A stretch of DNA of 64,000 nucleotides from a virus. Below are positions 24,926 through 34,385 of this stretch, one piece after another. Positions within the stretch are counted from its first letter, which is position 1, and each line of letters begins with the position of its first letter. The stretch spans positions 1-64,000 of IMG/VR virus record IMGVR_UViG_3300027821_000007. One strand, 5' to 3'. The notes under the pieces were generated by a model that searched no databases, was not told the DNA's origin, and saw only the letters and a program-made list of their open reading frames with translations. The position numbers and the translations under genes are program-made.

Positions 24926-25590
24926 CGGAGTCCTGCTCCACTCATTATGGCCCTGATCAAATCGATAGATGTTTGATGATCCGATGTCCCCACGGATGCG
25001 CGGCGTACCAGATTGTCCCTGACAAGCCGGTCCGCCATGGTGATGGGCATGAGATAGGCGTGCATGTGTTTGAACCGTGCGATGGGTTCGTACTCCAGGT
25101 AGAAATTGTCGGTGGCACGCACCAGGCAAAGATCCTCAGGCTCAAAGCTCTTATGGATCTTGGTCCAGTATCGACGGGCAATTTGATAATCCTGCTTGGA
25201 CGGGACCGTGGGTGCCGTGGGAGCGTATTGCCGGTCGATGAGGATTTGAACGAAGGCTTCCCGCCGTTTCCTTTCGGCTTCTTTTTCCTGACGCGCTTCC
25301 TTGGCCCATTTCTCGGCGAGCGACATTGGCGGTGACGGTGGCGGCGGTGGTTTGGCGTAATCATGCAAGCCAGAGAGCTGGGGACTCCTGCGCGAGAACG
25401 CCTCCGGGCTGTCGCCCGACGACGGCAGGATGACATCGACCGTTTCGACATGGCCGGCGCGGCAAACCTGGTTGATGAAATCCGCCGTTCCCTCTTCGTC
25501 GTCTATCCAGTCGAGGAAGATATCCAGGTTTTCCAGCGCCATGCTGCGCTGGATTTTTTTCGATCCATGCCTGCGGTGTGGCGATGGCAC
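24922..25590 (-). CDS. hypothetical protein (222 aa)
   Basis: In-operon ORF coupled to neighbours. Confidence 0.65.
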   Translation of the reverse strand: MPSPHRRHGSKKIQRSMALENLDIFLDWIDDEEGTADFINQVCRAGHVETVDVILPSSGDSPEAFSRRSPQLSGLHDYAKPPPPPSPPMSLAEKWAKEARQEKEAERKRREAFVQILIDRQYAPTAPTVPSKQDYQIARRYWTKIHKSFEPEDLCLVRATDNFYLEYEPIARFKHMHAYLMPITMADRLVRDNLVRRASVGTSDHQTSIDLIRAIMSGAGLR

Positions 25591-25594
25591 TGCC

Positions 25595-26179
25595 TTATGT
25601 CGTCTTCACCACCAGGAACGGCGCGCCGTTCTTGCGCTCGACCCCCTCGAGCACCTCGCCATCGTCGAGGACGGCATCCTTCACCGCCTTCTCGTTGAGG
25701 GAGCGACTGACGAAGCGGTCCTGCTCCATCAGCTTGGCCGGGTCGGTGATGATCACGCCGTCGGTGCCGCGCTGGACACGCGCGTCGACCAGGGTCGACT
25801 TGAATGCCAGCAACGCCTTGCTCTTGCCGGCGGGACGGAACAACTCGGGGAATTCATTCATAATGCCGATCGCGGCCTTGCGGGTGTTCTCGGCCTTCTT
25901 CGATCGGCGTTGCTGACGGATCAGCAGCTTGTCGCGGCGGGCCTTGATCGCGTCGGCCTCGGCGCGGGCCTCGTCGCCGGCGAGCAACAGCGCTTCCATG
26001 AGGCGGCCAACGTCAGCGCCCTTGCCCTTCAGCATCTCGAGCAGTTCTTCGGCGTCGCTCATGGCGTCGGGATCGTCGGGATCGGCTTCGGCCGCGATCG
26101 CGTTGAGGTGCAGCGAGGCGATCTCCATCGCTTTCATGATCTGCCAGCCCGAAGGCGGCTCCAGCGGCTTGTCCATCAT
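25595..26179 (-). CDS. siphovirus Gp157-like protein
   Basis: Coiled coil (ARAEADAIKARRDKL), C-terminal NEKAVKDAVLDDGEVLEGVE...; GGAGGA RBS. Confidence 0.75.
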   Translation of the reverse strand: MMDKPLEPPSGWQIMKAMEIASLHLNAIAAEADPDDPDAMSDAEELLEMLKGKGADVGRLMEALLLAGDEARAEADAIKARRDKLLIRQQRRSKKAENTRKAAIGIMNEFPELFRPAGKSKALLAFKSTLVDARVQRGTDGVIITDPAKLMEQDRFVSRSLNEKAVKDAVLDDGEVLEGVERKNGAPFLVVKTT

Positions 26180-26433
26180 TCCTCCCCCATCCAGTTGCGG
26201 TGGCAGGCCTCGCACAGCATCGTGGTCTCGTCCTCGCCGATGTAGAGCCGGGCGGCGTCGGCGTTCTCGCAATCCTCGCAGACCTGGCGGCCGCTGCCCT
26301 CGCATTCGAAGCATTCGCCGGCATCCCACACGTCTGGGTCGTTGCCGCCGTATTTCGAGGCAATGATGCGCCCCTCGCCGCCGCAGGCGCCGCAGTTGAA
26401 GAAGCCGAACAGTTTGCTCGCGGGGGCGCTCAT
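26176..26433 (-). CDS. Zn-finger protein (CxxCxGxG repeats)
   Basis: CGACGGEG, CFECEGSG, CEDC, CEAC. Confidence 0.7.
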   Translation of the reverse strand: MSAPASKLFGFFNCGACGGEGRIIASKYGGNDPDVWDAGECFECEGSGRQVCEDCENADAARLYIGEDETTMLCEACHRNWMGEE

Positions 26434-26436
26434 TCC

Positions 26437-26724
26437 TTATTCCTTCTTCATGGCCGCAAGCTCGCTGGGCAGCGGCGGCAGCGTGTGCGCGCCCAGCGCC
26501 AGGGGTTGCGGCGGGGGTGGCGCGTCGCTCTGTGGAAAGCAATAAGGCGGCGTTCCGCGTAGCTTGCCGCGCGGCACGAAGCCCATGCGCGCGCCTTCAT
26601 TGCGCAGGTTCTCCATCGAGACGCCCATGCGCAGCGAGATCGCCGTGTTCGACAGCTTCGTGTCGTGCCACAGCTCACGCAGCCGCTCGTGCATATCGTC
26701 GGTCCACAGAATGCGCCGTACCAT
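26437..26724 (-). CDS. GcrA N-terminal HTH-like protein
   Basis: WTDDMHERLRELWHDTKLSNTAISLRMGVS matches the GcrA WTxERxxxLxxLWxxGxSxxxIA pattern. Confidence 0.7.
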   Translation of the reverse strand: MVRRILWTDDMHERLRELWHDTKLSNTAISLRMGVSMENLRNEGARMGFVPRGKLRGTPPYCFPQSDAPPPPQPLALGAHTLPPLPSELAAMKKE

Positions 26725-26733
26725 GAAACCCTC

Positions 26734-26988
26734 CTACTTCGTTTCACCATGCATGCTGCTGTAGATATCCTTCAGGTTCACCATCAGCAGCAGGAAGGTG
26801 AAATGCGGATCGCGCGCGACGGTTCGGAACAGCTTTTCGGACAGGGCCAGGATACAGGAGATAATTGCCGCCTCCTGGTTTATCGGATCCAGGTCGCCGA
26901 ACTGGGAGAGCAGGTCCTCGATGGTGGTCCCTACCTTGATTGCCACCTCTTCCGAAACCGGCGGTCGTTCCATCTGTCGGTCCATCAC
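26734..26988 (-). CDS. hypothetical protein (84 aa)
   Basis: First ORF of the leftward operon. Confidence 0.55.
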   Translation of the reverse strand: MMDRQMERPPVSEEVAIKVGTTIEDLLSQFGDLDPINQEAAIISCILALSEKLFRTVARDPHFTFLLLMVNLKDIYSSMHGETK

Positions 26989-27065
26989 ACTGTGCTCAAT
27001 AACAAAGCTAGCCCGTTGTCTGTCAGGGCGTCAATGGACTAGACTGCATCAAATCGGAGGCTGTC

Positions 27066-27416
27066 ATGGCATTGGAACCACCCCGGATCGGATCACCGCC
27101 GCCGGAGCAACCCGAGGTTCCCATCCTCGATCGTCTGATCCGCTCGAACAAGCGGGCCAAGGTCATCATCGACCTGCAACGCGAGATAACCGAGACCATG
27201 CAGATGGTCTCGATCGGCGGTCAGGACGCGGTCAAGAAGCTCAACGTCGATGGCGAGCCGTTGCTGACCGAAGAGCAGTTCGAGGCGTTCTGCGGCGGCC
27301 TCGAGAGGATGGTCAACAAACTCATCGAGGTTCGCGCTGAACTGCAGGGGGTCATCCAGGGACTGACCGAGGCGATCGGCCGGCTGCCGTCGAACGACTG
27401 GAGGACACAGCTATGA
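27066..27416 (+). CDS. hypothetical coiled-coil protein
   Basis: GGAGG RBS. Confidence 0.7.
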   Translation: MALEPPRIGSPPPEQPEVPILDRLIRSNKRAKVIIDLQREITETMQMVSIGGQDAVKKLNVDGEPLLTEEQFEAFCGGLERMVNKLIEVRAELQGVIQGLTEAIGRLPSNDWRTQL

Positions 27417-27691
27417 TGAACTGCTTCTGGTTTCACACCGCGCTGCGTGATGCTTTCAAAGTTACCCTGCACACGGAGGGCTGCCGGATCCGCACGCGGA
27501 TGAAGGACAGCAAAGGCTGGACCGGTCCGCTCACCATCCAGCAGGTCGCCATCGTGCCGCCTGGTTCCTACCGCACCTGCAAGTCATGCCGCAGTGCCGA
27601 TCCGTTGCCGGCTAAGCAACGCTCCTACGGGCCGCGCAAGGTGCTGTCGCCGCGGCAGCGGAACCAGCACGCGCGGATGCGCGAGGCATGA
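27413..27691 (+). CDS. hypothetical protein with CxxC
   Basis: ATGA overlap; YRTCKSC. Confidence 0.55.
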   Translation: MMNCFWFHTALRDAFKVTLHTEGCRIRTRMKDSKGWTGPLTIQQVAIVPPGSYRTCKSCRSADPLPAKQRSYGPRKVLSPRQRNQHARMREA

Positions 27692-27785
27692 ATGATCCTG
27701 CGATGCGCGTTGTTGCTGCTGTTCGTGCTCTCGCTGGCGGGTCTGCTGCGCTCATGTGCCAAGGTCTGACATGACGACCTTCGCC

Positions 27786-27992
27786 CTAGGCTTCCTCGTC
27801 GGGGTCGGCGTCACCTATGTCTGGTCGCGGTTGCACCGGCCTCGCTGGCTGGCCCGGCCCTGACAACCCGCGCTCGAGGATGTGGCGGATGGCAGCCGCC
27901 CGGCTCATCAGGCGATGCTCATGCCAATAGGCATCTATCCGCTCTGCCATAGACGACGGTATGCGCAGTGGCATTGTGACGAATGCTTCCAT
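27786..27992 (-). CDS. ribbon-helix-helix (CopG/Arc-like) regulator
   Basis: MPLRIPSSMAERIDAYW...SRAAAIRHILERGL. Confidence 0.7.
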   Translation of the reverse strand: MEAFVTMPLRIPSSMAERIDAYWHEHRLMSRAAAIRHILERGLSGPGQPARPVQPRPDIGDADPDEEA

Positions 27993-28113
27993 AGCTGATG
28001 GATGATGCATCTGCGTCGATCATGTCAATGGCATTCACGGCAGCGTGTGTCGTGGAACTTTACACCGACACCCAGTCAGAATGGGTTTTGGCATTGAGGG
28101 GGAGTTTCAATAA

Positions 28114-28377
28114 ATGGACGAAGCGACAAAGAAAGCGGCACAAGAAGAGACAAGGCAGGCCAGACAGTCGGGACTAATCAAACCGAAGCCATGCCAAAAC
28201 TGTGGTTACGATGATCGGCGCGTGGTGCATGCACACCATCCGGATTACAGCAGAGTGCTGGAGGTCGTGTGGCTTTGTCGCAAATGCCACGCGAAAGAAC
28301 ATTCCCGACTTGCCCGCGAAAAGCGGGAGCGGCTTACGGAAAGTCTGATGGCCATCCGCCGAAGGCAGTTAGTGTAA
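28114..28377 (+). CDS. small HNH-like endonuclease
   Basis: CQNCG...HAHHPDY...VVWLCRKCHAKEH. Confidence 0.75.
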   Translation: MDEATKKAAQEETRQARQSGLIKPKPCQNCGYDDRRVVHAHHPDYSRVLEVVWLCRKCHAKEHSRLAREKRERLTESLMAIRRRQLV

Positions 28378-28516
28378 GCTCTGCCTTACATACACCCTAT
28401 AATCATGTCATTATCGACACTTAGTTTTGAGCGATATCCTTTTGTTGTGACCGTGGCGTCTGGTTTGCATGTCTCTTAGGCTGTCGCTTATGGCGACACA
28501 ACCAAGGGGAGACACC

Positions 28517-29248
28517 ATGCGGATCCACTATCTCATCATCGGCGCGATGGCCACGGCAGTTGCCGTCGCTGCCGCGTTTCCGGCTCACGCTACACTTCAG
28601 GTAGCTGCCCAGTTCGGTGCCACCACGTTTAACTGCGTGGACAACGACAACACCTGCGACACCAATCTGTCCACAGGCACGATCCAGATCGCCAACCAGA
28701 CGATTGGTGGCGTCACGGTTAATGGCTCGGTCCAGACCTCGACCGGCACGCCGGCGAACCCTGGCGCACAGGACATCCTGAACACGTCCTCGCTGAACCT
28801 GATCAACGTGGCAGGCGTTGCGGTCGCCTACACCGTGACGATCAGCGACACATTCTTCGCTGCTCCGGTTAATACGTTCACGGCGACCACTGCCGGGACG
28901 TGGCAGAACGCGATCGGCTCGACCGCCCAGACCCGTCTGTGGGCCGATCCGCTGAATGCGCAAGGGGCGGATGACATCAACGACCATCCCGGTGCGTTGC
29001 TGGACAATTTCACTTCGACTGCTCTGATTTCTGCCGACAGCTACAGCCACAACGCCAGCGGCGCGTTCGTGAGTGCCAATGCGTTTTCGATTACGGAACA
29101 GGTCACCGGTTCATTGTCTGCTGGTGGTCAGCTCATCAATCGTGGGCAGACTGCAATTCTGGAGAATGTGCCTGAACCTGCTTCAATGATGCTCCTGGGT
29201 GCCGGTCTGGTCGGCCTGGGTGCGGTTTACCGTAGGCGGCGGGCATGA
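28517..29248 (+). CDS. PEP-CTERM surface protein
   Basis: Signal peptide ending AHA; C-terminal VPEPASMMLLGAGLVGLGAVYRRRRA. Confidence 0.9.
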   Translation: MRIHYLIIGAMATAVAVAAAFPAHATLQVAAQFGATTFNCVDNDNTCDTNLSTGTIQIANQTIGGVTVNGSVQTSTGTPANPGAQDILNTSSLNLINVAGVAVAYTVTISDTFFAAPVNTFTATTAGTWQNAIGSTAQTRLWADPLNAQGADDINDHPGALLDNFTSTALISADSYSHNASGAFVSANAFSITEQVTGSLSAGGQLINRGQTAILENVPEPASMMLLGAGLVGLGAVYRRRRA

Positions 29249-30015
29249 AGAACTTCCTCGTCACCGGGGTTATCGCGATGGCAGCATTCTCCGCTGCCAT
29301 CATGCTTGGTCCGAACCCTGTCCACGCCGATATCATCAGTCTGCTGGGATTCACTCCCAACCTGTCCACCAGCACGCTTACCTTGGTCGCGGTGCCGCCG
29401 CCGGGCAATCAACCGATCAATAATCCCTGCTTGATTTGCGGCACGAATCAACCGCAGCAACCTGCCAACTTCGGCTTCAACAACTACCAGCAGGGCGGCA
29501 ATCAGACAGCGTTCTCTGACTTCTCGACGGCGGCGACAGGCCACCAGAGCCTTGGAAACGACACGCAGGGCACGGGATATGCTGCATCGTTCCTGCGCGC
29601 GTTCCTCATCTCGCAACTGGATTTGAACGGCGTATTGAACGTCGGCATCGACGTGAATACCGCGACGGGTGCGGGTGCTGAAGTGCTGGAGCGGTTCGTC
29701 GTGCTCGACGTGGTCAACAAGACCATCCTCGCGGACTACAACCCGCTGGTTGGGACGCCTTTGCCGACCAACAACAACGGCACCGGCTTTCCCGATTACC
29801 TGCTGACCGGCTTTAATATCGACCGGAACGACATCTTACCTAACACCCAGATCGAGTTCTACGCCCGGTGGTCGAACGCGAGTGACGGGGCGGAGAGCTT
29901 CTTCCTCGTCTCGGCTCCCGGCGACGAGCCTCCTCCCGTGCCGGAACCCGCCTCATTGGCGTTGCTAGGCGTCGGCCTCGTTGGGCTGGCCGCGCTGCGT
30001 CGTCGTGTGGTTTAG
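29245..30015 (+). CDS. PEP-CTERM surface protein
   Basis: Signal peptide ending VHA; C-terminal VPEPASLALLGVGLVGLAALRRRVV. Confidence 0.9.
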   Translation: MKNFLVTGVIAMAAFSAAIMLGPNPVHADIISLLGFTPNLSTSTLTLVAVPPPGNQPINNPCLICGTNQPQQPANFGFNNYQQGGNQTAFSDFSTAATGHQSLGNDTQGTGYAASFLRAFLISQLDLNGVLNVGIDVNTATGAGAEVLERFVVLDVVNKTILADYNPLVGTPLPTNNNGTGFPDYLLTGFNIDRNDILPNTQIEFYARWSNASDGAESFFLVSAPGDEPPPVPEPASLALLGVGLVGLAALRRRVV

Positions 30016-30275
30016 CCTGGGCTTGCTAGTCGGCTTCGCAGTCGGTGTCGTGGCGACGATCGGCACGGCGACGTTTTACTACCGCTAATCTCGCCATGTG
30101 GTTCTTCATCGGCTTCGTGATCGGGGTCGTGGTCGGCGTCGCGGCGGTCATCACCCTCGCAGTGTCGACCACGTCGCGGTGGTATTAAGCATTCTCGTTT
30201 GATAAGCCGAACCTACCGGTGCGGCGGTGCCACATGGTGCCGCCGTTTCCTTGTCGCCGGGCGGGGAACAGCCCA

Positions 30276-30644
30276 ATGGGCGACCACCAGCAGCAGAAGC
30301 CCGAAAGAACGCGTCCGAATTGGATTACCCTTTCGGTGTTGGGGGTGGCTGCTTCAATCGGGCTCTACGTGTTCACCATCGGCAGCGAACTCGGCGCGAT
30401 GCGCCAGAAGCTGGACACCGACGAATTCCGCATCACCGCGCTTGAGCAACACGGCAGCGGCCCGGTGCAGACCGCCGCGGCACGGGTCGAGGCCGTCGCC
30501 CAGCGCGCCGACCGGATTTTAACCGAGCTGTTGTTGATGCAGCAGCGCATTTCGGAACTGGCGGCAACCCAGCAAACCCAGGGTGTCATCCTCAACAGGA
30601 TGCAGCAGGATATGCAGGGGCGTGACAAGGAGAAGACGCCCTAG
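30276..30644 (+). CDS. single-TM coiled-coil protein (possible lysis accessory)
   Basis: WITLSVLGVAASIGLYVF then a coiled coil; followed by a terminator at ~30672-30711. Confidence 0.55.
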   Translation: MGDHQQQKPERTRPNWITLSVLGVAASIGLYVFTIGSELGAMRQKLDTDEFRITALEQHGSGPVQTAAARVEAVAQRADRILTELLLMQQRISELAATQQTQGVILNRMQQDMQGRDKEKTP

Positions 30645-30750
30645 AAACTTCGGGATGAGTTTCGTTAACTCGGCGGCCGGTCCGCGCCATCCCGGCCGCC
30701 GTCTCTTTTTTGTGGTATGGATCCGGGAAAACATCTAACCCGCTGATCTC

Positions 30751-32253
30751 ATGCCATTCGACGATCAAGGCTCAACCAAATACCTGACCCGCCGCATCGA
30801 GACCGAGCGCGAACTCGGCCGCCGCTCGTTCCACGATTTCTACACGATGGCCTGGCCGTTCATGGATCCGGCGCCATACGTCGAGGGCAAGCATATCCGG
30901 GTCATCTGCTACCACCTGCAGCGCGCAGCTCGTCGCGAGGTGCGCAAGATCCTCGTCTGCATCCCGCCACGCTACAGCAAATCGCTGATCTGCAGCGTCG
31001 CCTTCCCGGCCTGGGTGTGGACCTGGTGGCCATCGGCCAAGTTCATCACCTGCTCCTACGACCAGAAGCTCGGCGCTCGCGACAGCCTCGCCACCCGCCG
31101 GCTGGTCGAGCACCCGTGGTATCGCGAGCGCTGGCCCGAGGTACGTCTCGAGCGCGATCAGCATCAGAAGATGTGGTACCAGACCACCGCCGGGGGCGTG
31201 CGCTATGTCGGCTCGCCCAGCACCGGCGTGACCGGTCACGGCGCCGACTTCGCCCTGTTCGATGACCCTCATGACGTCGTGGCGGGCGAGAGCGAGGCCG
31301 ATCGGGTGCGCGCGGTGACGTTCTGGTTCGAAAGCATGTCTTCAAGGTTCAACGACCCTAGCGAGGGCGTCTCGATAGTGATCGGCCAGCGCGTGCACCA
31401 AAATGACGTGCAAGGTGAATGCGTTCGTCGCGGCTACGACACCGTGGTGTTGCCGGCGCGTTACGAACCCGACCATCCGGAACTCAATATTTACGACTGG
31501 CGGCGCACACCGGGCGAGCCGCTGTGGCCGGAGAAGTTCGACGACGACGTGCTGATCGGGCTGTGGCAGACGCTCCGCGACTACGCCGTCGCCGGGCAGC
31601 AGCAGCAGCGCCCGACCCCGCGCGAGGGCGGGCTGTTCAAGCGCGAGTGGTTCGAGGTCGTGGACCTGCTGCCGGAAGATATCGTGTGGGCGCGCGGCTG
31701 GGATCTCGCCGGCACCAAAAAGAGCGTCAAGGCGGACCCGGACTGGACTGTGGGTGTGAAGATCGGCCGCCACCAAGTTACGGGGGTGATCTACATCGCC
31801 TCGGTGGTGCGGCTGCGCGAGGACCCGGGTGGGGTGCAGGAACGCATCAAGGCGGTGGCGCAGCAGGATGGGCCGCACACCAAGATCGGCCTGCCGCAGG
31901 ACCCGGCCCAGGCCGGCAAGTTCCAGGCTCAGGTCTACGTCACCCAGGTGCTGGCGGGCTATCCGGTGCACGTCTTCCCGCAATCGGACACCAAGATGGA
32001 CCGCGCCGATCCGTTCGCGGCACAGTGCCGAGCTGGTAACGTGAAACTCTACCGGGCCAACTGGAACGACGCCTTCATGGACGAACTGACCGCGTTCCCG
32101 GCCGGCAGCCATGACGACCAGGTCGATGCGGTCAGCACCGGCTACATGCTGCTGATGGATCCGACCACCGGCATCCTCGACTACATGCGCGAGTTGTCGC
32201 TGACCCGGCGCACCGAGGACCTCGAGATGCGCCGCCAGATGGGGCTGCGATGA
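30751..32253 (+). CDS. terL: terminase large subunit
   Basis: IPPRYSKS Walker A, TGHGADFALFDDP Walker B, GWDLA and FPAGSHDDQVDA nuclease motifs. Confidence 0.95.
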   Translation: MPFDDQGSTKYLTRRIETERELGRRSFHDFYTMAWPFMDPAPYVEGKHIRVICYHLQRAARREVRKILVCIPPRYSKSLICSVAFPAWVWTWWPSAKFITCSYDQKLGARDSLATRRLVEHPWYRERWPEVRLERDQHQKMWYQTTAGGVRYVGSPSTGVTGHGADFALFDDPHDVVAGESEADRVRAVTFWFESMSSRFNDPSEGVSIVIGQRVHQNDVQGECVRRGYDTVVLPARYEPDHPELNIYDWRRTPGEPLWPEKFDDDVLIGLWQTLRDYAVAGQQQQRPTPREGGLFKREWFEVVDLLPEDIVWARGWDLAGTKKSVKADPDWTVGVKIGRHQVTGVIYIASVVRLREDPGGVQERIKAVAQQDGPHTKIGLPQDPAQAGKFQAQVYVTQVLAGYPVHVFPQSDTKMDRADPFAAQCRAGNVKLYRANWNDAFMDELTAFPAGSHDDQVDAVSTGYMLLMDPTTGILDYMRELSLTRRTEDLEMRRQMGLR

Positions 32254-32522
32254 AGGAGTTTGTGGAATTCGTGGCGTGGGCGTTCTGGCCGGTCGGCATC
32301 ACTGCCCTCGAAGCCCTGGCGATCGTCATCCTGCTGCTCGGCCTGCGCGATCTGCGCAGTCGCCATAGGGCTCTCGGCCAGGAAACCACGTACGTGCTGA
32401 TGATGCACCAGGACAACCTGGCCGCGATCGACGCCCGACTGCGCGCCCTCGGCTCGCGCACGACCGGCGATATGCCGATCCCCACAGCCGAGGAAGCGGT
32501 TGGGGGACGCTGGATGCGATAG
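32250..32522 (+). CDS. TM hypothetical protein
   Basis: ATGA overlap with terL; N-terminal hydrophobic helix. Confidence 0.6.
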   Translation: MKEFVEFVAWAFWPVGITALEALAIVILLLGLRDLRSRHRALGQETTYVLMMHQDNLAAIDARLRALGSRTTGDMPIPTAEEAVGGRWMR

Positions 32523-32582
32523 CGTGTCGGAGCCGGAAAAACGTGCTATTCGCCATTGATATGGCTCGAAAGGGGTGCAGGC

Positions 32583-32981
32583 ATGGGCCCGGGGAAGTTC
32601 CCGCTGACGCTGTATCGCGGCGATAGTGCCCGCTGGGGTTTCGTGCTGTGGGCCGATGCTGACAAGACCATCCCGGCTGATCTGGTGAGTGTCACTCCCA
32701 AGGCGGAAGTAAGGGACAAGCCGGCTGGTACCAAGATAGTAGCCCTGGACTGCGTGATCATCCTGCCCAACACCATCACCATGACGCTGACGGCCGACAT
32801 GGCGCGCATCCTGCCAGCGACCGGCGTCTGGGACCTGCAGTTGACGTACGATGATGGGGACGTTGCCACCATTCTGGCCGGCTCTGTGCTGGTGACGCCC
32901 GACGTCACTGACAGCAGCCTGGCGGTTCCCACCCCATCGACGCTGTTGGTGGTTCCGAACCGCGTGCGCGGCGCGGCATGA
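32583..32981 (+). CDS. virion structural protein (BppU-N-like)
   Basis: LTLYRGDS...VWDLQLT...TILAGSVLVTPDVT. Confidence 0.6.
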   Translation: MGPGKFPLTLYRGDSARWGFVLWADADKTIPADLVSVTPKAEVRDKPAGTKIVALDCVIILPNTITMTLTADMARILPATGVWDLQLTYDDGDVATILAGSVLVTPDVTDSSLAVPTPSTLLVVPNRVRGAA

Positions 32982-33523
32982 GCGACGTCATCACCGAGAC
33001 CATCGTCGTTGACGTGGTGGTCGACGCGCCGCCGGTACTGGTGGTCGACGTCATCATGCCGGCGCCGATCGCGCTCGTGGTCGACGTGCTGGCGCCGCCG
33101 CCGCTGGTCGAGGTCGTCGAGATCGCCGATTTCGGGACGGTGCCGATCGGCTATCCCCAGCTTCCGGTCGAGTTGCGCCAGTTGCCGATCAGCTTCCCCT
33201 ACGCCGGGCGCCCCGCGGCTGGTACAGAAATCAACCTGCCGATGAGCTTCGCGCTGACTGTGCCGGTCGGCCTGGCGGGCACGGTGAGTTATGCCAAGGC
33301 TCCGCCGGCAGCCAATGCGGTCTTTCTGCTCAATCGGTTGAGCGAAACGGACGGCGTCGTGGAACTGGGTACGATAACACTCACCCCAGCCAGCCGTTCG
33401 AGTTGCCTGCTTACCGGCGCTGGCGGCTTGCTCGAGGTCGGCGACGTCATGCAGCTCGTGGCGCCGGAGCAAGACTTGCTGCTCGCCGACGTCGGCATAA
33501 CCATACTTGCAAATCGGATGTGA
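32978..33523 (+). CDS. hypothetical structural protein
   Basis: ATGA coupling; VVDV repeats. Confidence 0.6.
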   Translation: MSDVITETIVVDVVVDAPPVLVVDVIMPAPIALVVDVLAPPPLVEVVEIADFGTVPIGYPQLPVELRQLPISFPYAGRPAAGTEINLPMSFALTVPVGLAGTVSYAKAPPAANAVFLLNRLSETDGVVELGTITLTPASRSSCLLTGAGGLLEVGDVMQLVAPEQDLLLADVGITILANRM

Positions 33524-33525
33524 CC

Positions 33526-34152
33526 ATGGGTTCAACGATCTTCGACTGCGCCACGATCGAAGAAGCAAAGTCGATCATCCTCACGCCCGAAATGGGGCTG
33601 TCGACCGACGAGCGCTGGAAGCTCGAGACCGAGTGGCTGATCGAGAAGCTCGATTTCGTGCCGCTCGACATGGTCGTGGACTACGGCTGTGGCATCGGCC
33701 GGATGAGCAAGGCCATGGTCGACCGGACGAGCTGCTGCGTGGTCGGGGTCGACCAGAGCGCCTCGATGCGCGCCATGGCCACGACGTATGTGGGCAACCC
33801 GGAGTGGTTCCAGGCGGTCACGCCGCGGTTCTTCAACTGCATGGTCGAGAACGCTTTCCTGGCAGATGGCGGGCTGACGGTGTGGTGTCTGCAGCATATC
33901 CCGATGCCGATCCTCGACGGGGTGATGCGCACGCTAAAGGCGGGGATCAGCCCTGGTGGCACTCTGTGCACGATGGAACGGCCGGAGCGTTTCGTGCCGG
34001 TGCGCGAGGGCCAGATCTGGGGATGGGCCGACGATGGCGTGTCGGTTTTTGAACGGCTGGATCACCACGGCTTCACGTCGGTATCCGCGCTGCCGGTGCC
34101 GGAAACGCTCTGCCAGCCGGGGGCAATGCTACGCAAATGGAGGAATGAATGA
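33526..34152 (+). CDS. class I SAM-dependent methyltransferase
   Basis: VVDYGCGIGRM, VGVDQSASM, VWCLQHI. Confidence 0.85.
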   Translation: MGSTIFDCATIEEAKSIILTPEMGLSTDERWKLETEWLIEKLDFVPLDMVVDYGCGIGRMSKAMVDRTSCCVVGVDQSASMRAMATTYVGNPEWFQAVTPRFFNCMVENAFLADGGLTVWCLQHIPMPILDGVMRTLKAGISPGGTLCTMERPERFVPVREGQIWGWADDGVSVFERLDHHGFTSVSALPVPETLCQPGAMLRKWRNE

Positions 34153-34385
34153 CTGAAGAAGCTCTATTGGGTGCGGCCGATGACTACCCGGCCCTGGCGG
34201 CTTGGGTAAAAGAGAAGGCAGCTGAATTACACCAGTTGTGGCAGACCTCGCCCGACAAGTATCCGGCGGCGCTCGAGGCGACGCGGGCGGAATACCAGGC
34301 CAAGCGGCCGCCGGGCGACGGCCAGCCCAAGACCGTTGTCATCGACGAGATCATCCACATCAGCGCCCAGGGCAGCGCAGGGTGA
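34149..34385 (+). CDS. hypothetical protein (78 aa)
   Basis: Coupled to both neighbours. Confidence 0.6.
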   Translation: MTEEALLGAADDYPALAAWVKEKAAELHQLWQTSPDKYPAALEATRAEYQAKRPPGDGQPKTVVIDEIIHISAQGSAG

